Shown here: positions 33,169-37,709 of the stretch, piece by piece
Layout: each line of letters starts with the position of its first letter
How positions within the stretch are numbered: position 1 is the first letter of the stretch
NCBI GenBank assembly: GCA_009783865.1
Contig: WRCR01000001.1
Span: forward strand, 1 to 37,709
Source: Planctomycetaceae bacterium
GTDB taxonomy: Bacteria; Planctomycetota; Planctomycetia; Pirellulales; Thermoguttaceae
Reading direction: 5' to 3'
DNA length: 37,709 bases
Made by a program: the position numbers and the translations under genes
The notes under the pieces: generated by a model
Told to the model about the DNA's origin: nothing
The model's database searches: none
Seen by the model: the letters and a program-made list of their open reading frames with translations, nothing else

Positions 33169-35535
33169 ATGCCAGGCGAGAGATTGACCGAAGAATTGGT
33201 GTTGTCCGAGTTGGGACTTAAACTCGGCAAAAACGGTCATGTAACTGTTTTGGAGCAGGGCAGCGTGGAAAGTATTGCCCTGTTGGATGCTCTTTTGAAA
33301 AAAGCGGGCGGTAAACCCGACTTTTGTGAACTGTCCGATATGCAAACAACTGGTACCGGAAAGGCAAAGCCGGAGTTTCTCATTACCTTTGACAATAAGC
33401 CGGACACCATTATTGTTATCGAATGTAAAAAATCCGGCAGAAATCATGAATCCGAAAAACGCAGCAAACCGAAAAACTTTGCTGTCGATGGGGTGTTGTA
33501 CTATGCTAAATTTCTGAAGGAGAACTACAATGTTATCGCTGTCGCTGTTTCCGGTACTAAAAAGGATAGTTGGAAGGTTTCAACCTTCGACTGGCGAAAG
33601 GGACAGCCGCTGCCAGTCGAATTGCCAAGAGGAAAGGATGTTCTGTACAGTCCTGAAAATTATCTTCGGCTTGTCAGCGGAGAAGCAATTCAAAAGAAAA
33701 TCTCCATAGTGGAAATTCAGGAACTCGCACTCAATATGCACGACAAACTGCGTGTCTTAAAAGTTCCAGAAAGAATGAAACCCGTTTTTATTGCAGGAAT
33801 TCTTATTGCTCTGAATGATAAGGACTTTGCCCGCGATTACACAGGATTAAATTCGTTTAACACCTTATTGAATCAGTTATTGCGTGCCATTGACAACGTT
33901 CTCGACAACAGCGATTTGAAACGAAAAAAAGAGGATATAAAAAGCCATTTCAGGATGATTGGGCGCAACAGTGAAATCAAGGACATTCCGCTTGGATATG
34001 ACAATTCATTACTTTGGTATATTTCGGAACTTGACCGAAAAGTCAAACCGATGATGGATTATGCCGACAATACGGCAGATGCCCTCGGCATTTTTTATCA
34101 TGAATTCGTCAAGTACAGCGGCGGAGACGGCAGCGGACTTGGCATCGTTTTGACTCCGCAACACTTGACGGAATTTATGTGTGAATTGTCGGGATTAGAC
34201 AAAAACAGTACCGTCGTTGATATTTGCTGCGGCAGCGGAGCGTTTCTCGTAACCGCAATGTCACATATGTTCAAGGGAGCAAATGTAAAGGAAATCGAGC
34301 GTATCCGCCAACGTTCGCTCTATGGAGTCGAATTGGACGACGACATTTTTACACTTGCGGTTGCTAATATGATTGTTCGAGGCGACGGTAAATCAAACAT
34401 TTATTTTGGAAACTGTTTCAATCCTGACATAGTTGAGGAACTGAAAGAAAAAAACATTAACATTGGACTTATCAATCCTCCTTATTCGCAAGAAGACCAT
34501 TGCGAGTTGGAATTTGTCGAGCAACTGCTTGACATTTTAACAGTCGGAGGAACAGGTGTCGCGGTTGTTCCGATGTCTTGTGCTATCGGAACAAAATTTA
34601 AGGAAGTCCGCGAACGGCTTTTCAAACGACATACCTTGAAGGCGGTCTTTTCAATGCCGGACGAAATTTTCTATTCCAAAAATGTGAACACCAACGTTTG
34701 TGTTATGATTTGGGAAGCCCATAAAACGCATAACCCAAAACAGAACACGTTCTTCGGTAATTTCAAGGAAGATGGTTTCGTCAAAGTGAAAAAACTCGGT
34801 CGTGTTGACAAATTCAGCCGATGGGAATCTATCAAGAATATGTGGCTCGAACTTTACCGTGAACTGGACATCAAAGAGGGATTTACCGCAAAAAAAGAAG
34901 TCAATTGGAACGATGAATGGCTTTGCGAAGCGTACATGGAAACGGATTATTCCAAGTTGTCGCAAGAAGATTTTTCAATGACCGTTAGAAAAAATCTGTC
35001 CTATCTTGTGCTGTCGGCAAAGATTGATTTGATAAAACCGGGAAAAACACCTACTCACACTCCCCCTCTTAATGTCGAACGTTGGAAATCATTCAAATTG
35101 TCGCATCTGTTTGCAATGGAAAGAGGCACACGCTTGACAAAGGAAAACCGAATCGACGGTGATATTCCTCTTGCAACAGCCGGATTCGCCAACGAAGGAA
35201 TCGCAGCCCATATTGCTAACGAAGAAATGAAGGTCTATCGTGATGTCCTTACGATAGACATGTTCTGCAACTGTTTTTATCGCGGATATGAGTTTGTTTG
35301 CGATGACAATATATTGATTCTTGCCCCCCTTTTTAGCGGAGCAAATCGGTTTAATCTGTTGTTCCTCGCAACGATTGTTTCTGTGAACAAGCATCTTTAC
35401 GCTTATGGTCGTCAGTATCGTCAAAAAGATTTTCGTGAACACGTCGTTCGGTTGCCCGTTGATAAAAACGGCAATCCCGACTGGCAATTCATGGAAAATT
35501 ATGTAAAATCCTTGCCTTACAGCGATAGAATATAA
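33169..35535 (+). CDS. single-chain Type IIG-like restriction-modification protein (PD-ExK nuclease + gamma-class N6-adenine MTase + HsdS-like TRD), 788 aa
   Basis: N-terminus: KPDFCELSDMQ...DTIIVIECKKS (PD...ExK, HsdR-N/Mrr-like). Middle: GIVLTPQHLTEFMCEL (motif X), VVDICCGSGAFLV (motif I), GLINPPYSQ (motif IV, NPPY). C-terminus: WKSFKLSHLFAMERGTRLTKENRIDGDIPLATAGFANEGIA...ILILAP...NLLFLATIV...PDWQFMENYVKSL looks like one type I S-subunit target-recognition domain. Confidence 0.7.
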   Translation: MPGERLTEELVLSELGLKLGKNGHVTVLEQGSVESIALLDALLKKAGGKPDFCELSDMQTTGTGKAKPEFLITFDNKPDTIIVIECKKSGRNHESEKRSKPKNFAVDGVLYYAKFLKENYNVIAVAVSGTKKDSWKVSTFDWRKGQPLPVELPRGKDVLYSPENYLRLVSGEAIQKKISIVEIQELALNMHDKLRVLKVPERMKPVFIAGILIALNDKDFARDYTGLNSFNTLLNQLLRAIDNVLDNSDLKRKKEDIKSHFRMIGRNSEIKDIPLGYDNSLLWYISELDRKVKPMMDYADNTADALGIFYHEFVKYSGGDGSGLGIVLTPQHLTEFMCELSGLDKNSTVVDICCGSGAFLVTAMSHMFKGANVKEIERIRQRSLYGVELDDDIFTLAVANMIVRGDGKSNIYFGNCFNPDIVEELKEKNINIGLINPPYSQEDHCELEFVEQLLDILTVGGTGVAVVPMSCAIGTKFKEVRERLFKRHTLKAVFSMPDEIFYSKNVNTNVCVMIWEAHKTHNPKQNTFFGNFKEDGFVKVKKLGRVDKFSRWESIKNMWLELYRELDIKEGFTAKKEVNWNDEWLCEAYMETDYSKLSQEDFSMTVRKNLSYLVLSAKIDLIKPGKTPTHTPPLNVERWKSFKLSHLFAMERGTRLTKENRIDGDIPLATAGFANEGIAAHIANEEMKVYRDVLTIDMFCNCFYRGYEFVCDDNILILAPLFSGANRFNLLFLATIVSVNKHLYAYGRQYRQKDFREHVVRLPVDKNGNPDWQFMENYVKSLPYSDRI

Positions 35536-35564
35536 CTAACCTTTTACGGAAACAACACCCAATC

Positions 35565-37535
35565 ATGACCCGAACATCTTCCTCCCGGCGCGATTTTTTC
35601 AAAACAACTATGCTGACCGGTCTCACAATCAACGGTATGTCCGCACTTCTTGCAGCCCAAGAAACAACGGACAATATGAACGATAAACCCGCCCTGTCTG
35701 CTTTGCCGCTGCGCGGTGAAGTCAAAGCCGAACATACGTGGGACTTGTCATCGCTGTTCAAAAATGATGATGAATGGAAAACCGCCCTCGAAAAATTAAG
35801 AACGAAACTGCCGGAATTCAAAACCTTTGAAGGAAAATTAACCGCCGCCGGAAGCGTTCTCGATTATCTGCAATTATCCGACACCGTCGGAGTAGAAGCC
35901 GAAAGAATTTTCGTCTACGCCTATCTGCGCTCTTCCGAAAATCTTGCTGACCCTGCCGCGCAGGAATTAACCGGTCTCGCCGAAGCATTTTCGCTCAAAT
36001 ACCGCGAGACAAAAAGTTTTTTCGAACCGGAAATCCTTGCACTGTCCGAAACGCAATGGAACGAAATCACCCGCGATGAACGTCTTCGTCTTTATCGAAT
36101 GAAGTTGAGACGAATTGCCTTGCAGCGTCCGCACACGCTTTCGAGAAGCGAAGAACGGCTCCTTGCGATGATGTCGAACATTTCCCGAACACCGTCGAAA
36201 GCATTCAACCTGTTTAACAATACCGATTTGAAATTCGGAACAGTCAAAGATGATACCGGCAAAGATGTTCCGCTCTCCACCGGCTCTTTCATTGTCTTGA
36301 TGAACTCGCCGGACAGAAACGTCCGCAGAACAGCGTTTGAACAATTTTACGAAGGATACAAGAGTCACGAAAATTCCTTGTCCGCCCTGCTCGCCGGTTC
36401 GATTCAAAAAGATGTTTTCTATGCCAAAGTCCGCAATTTTCCAAGCGCATTAGAAGCAGCATTGTTTTACGAAGAAGTGCCGAGAACCGTCTATGATAAT
36501 CTTATAACGGCTGTCAACAAAGCACTGCCGGTGCTGCATCGTTATTATGAAATCCGGCGGAAAAAAATGAATCTCGATACAATTCACATGTACGATATTT
36601 ATATTCCGATATTGAGCGAACTCAAAACGAACTATACTTGGGAACAAGCAGTTGATACGATTTGCAATGCCGTGAGTATTCTCGGCAAAGAATATACCGA
36701 AACACTTCGGGCGGGATTGACAACGCAGCGGTGGTGTGACCGCTATGAAAATCAAGGCAAGCGCAGCGGAGCATTCAGTTACGGTTCATTTTCCGCAAAG
36801 CCGTATATCCTAATGAATTACAAAGACAACGTGATTGACGGAATGTTCACCCTTGCTCACGAAGGCGGGCATTCTATGCACTCGTATTACTCGGCAAGGA
36901 GTCAGCCCTTTGTCTATTACGACTATGTTACTTTCGTTGCCGAAGTTGCGAGTACCACTAACGAGGACCTGCTTTCGCGGCATCTTTTGAAGGAAGCGCA
37001 AGACAAACAAATGCGGGCTTACTTGGTAAATCGTCAGATTGATTCGATTCGGAATACTTTGTTTCGACAAACGATGTTCGCAGAGTTTGAACAGAAGACG
37101 CATGCCGCAGCAGAAAGAGAAGAAGCACTGACAGCGAAGTCATTGCAGGGAATGTATCACGATTTGCTAAAACAGTATTTCGGTCCGAAATTCGCAGTGG
37201 ACGATATTCTGGCGGCGGAATGTTTGCGGGTGCCGCATTTTTACCGCAACTTTTATGTGTATAAATACGCTACCGGTCTTTCGGCAGCATTGGCATTGTC
37301 AAAACAGATTTCGGAGTCAGCATCGCAGACAGATGGCGATAACGAACGAGCGGAGGGTGATAACCCTCCGAAGACAGTGCAGGATTATTTGCAATTCCTC
37401 TCCGGCGGTTCATCGGCGAGACCGCTTGAATTGCTGCGCACCGCCGGTGTCGATATGGAAAGTCCTGCCCCGATTGAAGCCGCTATGCAGCGGTTTGAAG
37501 AACTAGTGAACGAGTTGGAAAATCTGTTGTTCTGA
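35565..37535 (+). CDS. pepF: oligoendopeptidase F (M3B metallopeptidase) with a Tat-type signal peptide, 656 aa
   Basis: FTLAHEGGHSMHSYYS contains HExxH in the M3B context. The overall length and the flanking motifs (YIPIL, YKDN, FAEFE) fit PepF. The N-terminus is MTRTSSSRRDFFKTTMLTGLTINGMSALLAAQE (S-R-R-x-F-F-K). Confidence 0.85.
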   Translation: MTRTSSSRRDFFKTTMLTGLTINGMSALLAAQETTDNMNDKPALSALPLRGEVKAEHTWDLSSLFKNDDEWKTALEKLRTKLPEFKTFEGKLTAAGSVLDYLQLSDTVGVEAERIFVYAYLRSSENLADPAAQELTGLAEAFSLKYRETKSFFEPEILALSETQWNEITRDERLRLYRMKLRRIALQRPHTLSRSEERLLAMMSNISRTPSKAFNLFNNTDLKFGTVKDDTGKDVPLSTGSFIVLMNSPDRNVRRTAFEQFYEGYKSHENSLSALLAGSIQKDVFYAKVRNFPSALEAALFYEEVPRTVYDNLITAVNKALPVLHRYYEIRRKKMNLDTIHMYDIYIPILSELKTNYTWEQAVDTICNAVSILGKEYTETLRAGLTTQRWCDRYENQGKRSGAFSYGSFSAKPYILMNYKDNVIDGMFTLAHEGGHSMHSYYSARSQPFVYYDYVTFVAEVASTTNEDLLSRHLLKEAQDKQMRAYLVNRQIDSIRNTLFRQTMFAEFEQKTHAAAEREEALTAKSLQGMYHDLLKQYFGPKFAVDDILAAECLRVPHFYRNFYVYKYATGLSAALALSKQISESASQTDGDNERAEGDNPPKTVQDYLQFLSGGSSARPLELLRTAGVDMESPAPIEAAMQRFEELVNELENLLF

Positions 37536-37709
37536 TATTAGCGCAGCAACTGTATTTTTGAAATACGCCTACGCCTTCACACACTATGGTTTTCGCCGGA
37601 AAGTGTTATGTCAGTTTTGGCGTTTGTATCAGGATGCTCCACCGTTCGATAAGTGGCGTTCGGTGTATTTTAGTCGAGTACGATTTCATTTCTCGTGACG
37701 TTAGTTTGA

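Noticed and set aside
37536-37709. Possible RNA gene or ORF at the right edge
   Set aside because: I saw no tRNA-like conserved arms, no significant hairpin or terminator, and only a 27-codon ORF on the minus strand. The evidence is insufficient.

Overview
This is a 37.7-kb chromosomal segment, most likely from a PVC-superphylum bacterium (Planctomycetota, Lentisphaerota or Kiritimatiellota-like). That placement is inferred from a prepilin-type + DUF1559 H-X9-DG protein, a Pmp-repeat autotransporter and frequent Tat and lipoprotein signals. Housekeeping anchors (5' part of leuA, pgk, pepF) are interleaved with accessory DNA in five blocks. (i) A ParB-like / small SAM-MTase-fold / radical-SAM three-gene cassette sits beside a Type II M->R pair (792-4385). 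(ii) A 3507-aa Pmp-repeat autotransporter and a 1528-aa giant flagellin are transcribed divergently from a 401-bp region carrying a palindrome built from heptanucleotide repeats. (iii) A DUF1559 pseudopilin is followed by a structured heptamer-repeat element, a lipoprotein and a glycosidase-like gene. (iv) A translationally coupled vsr-dcm-PLD nuclease-Z1 (truncated) module. (v) A single-chain Type IIG-like nuclease-methylase-TRD gene is wedged between pgk and pepF. I recognised no rRNA, tRNA, CRISPR array, integrase or transposase. The best candidate for an undescribed system is the ParB / MTase-fold / radical-SAM cassette. The heptamer-repeat elements and the giant flagellin are the most unusual non-defence signals. 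All family calls come from motif reading by eye; no database search was possible.
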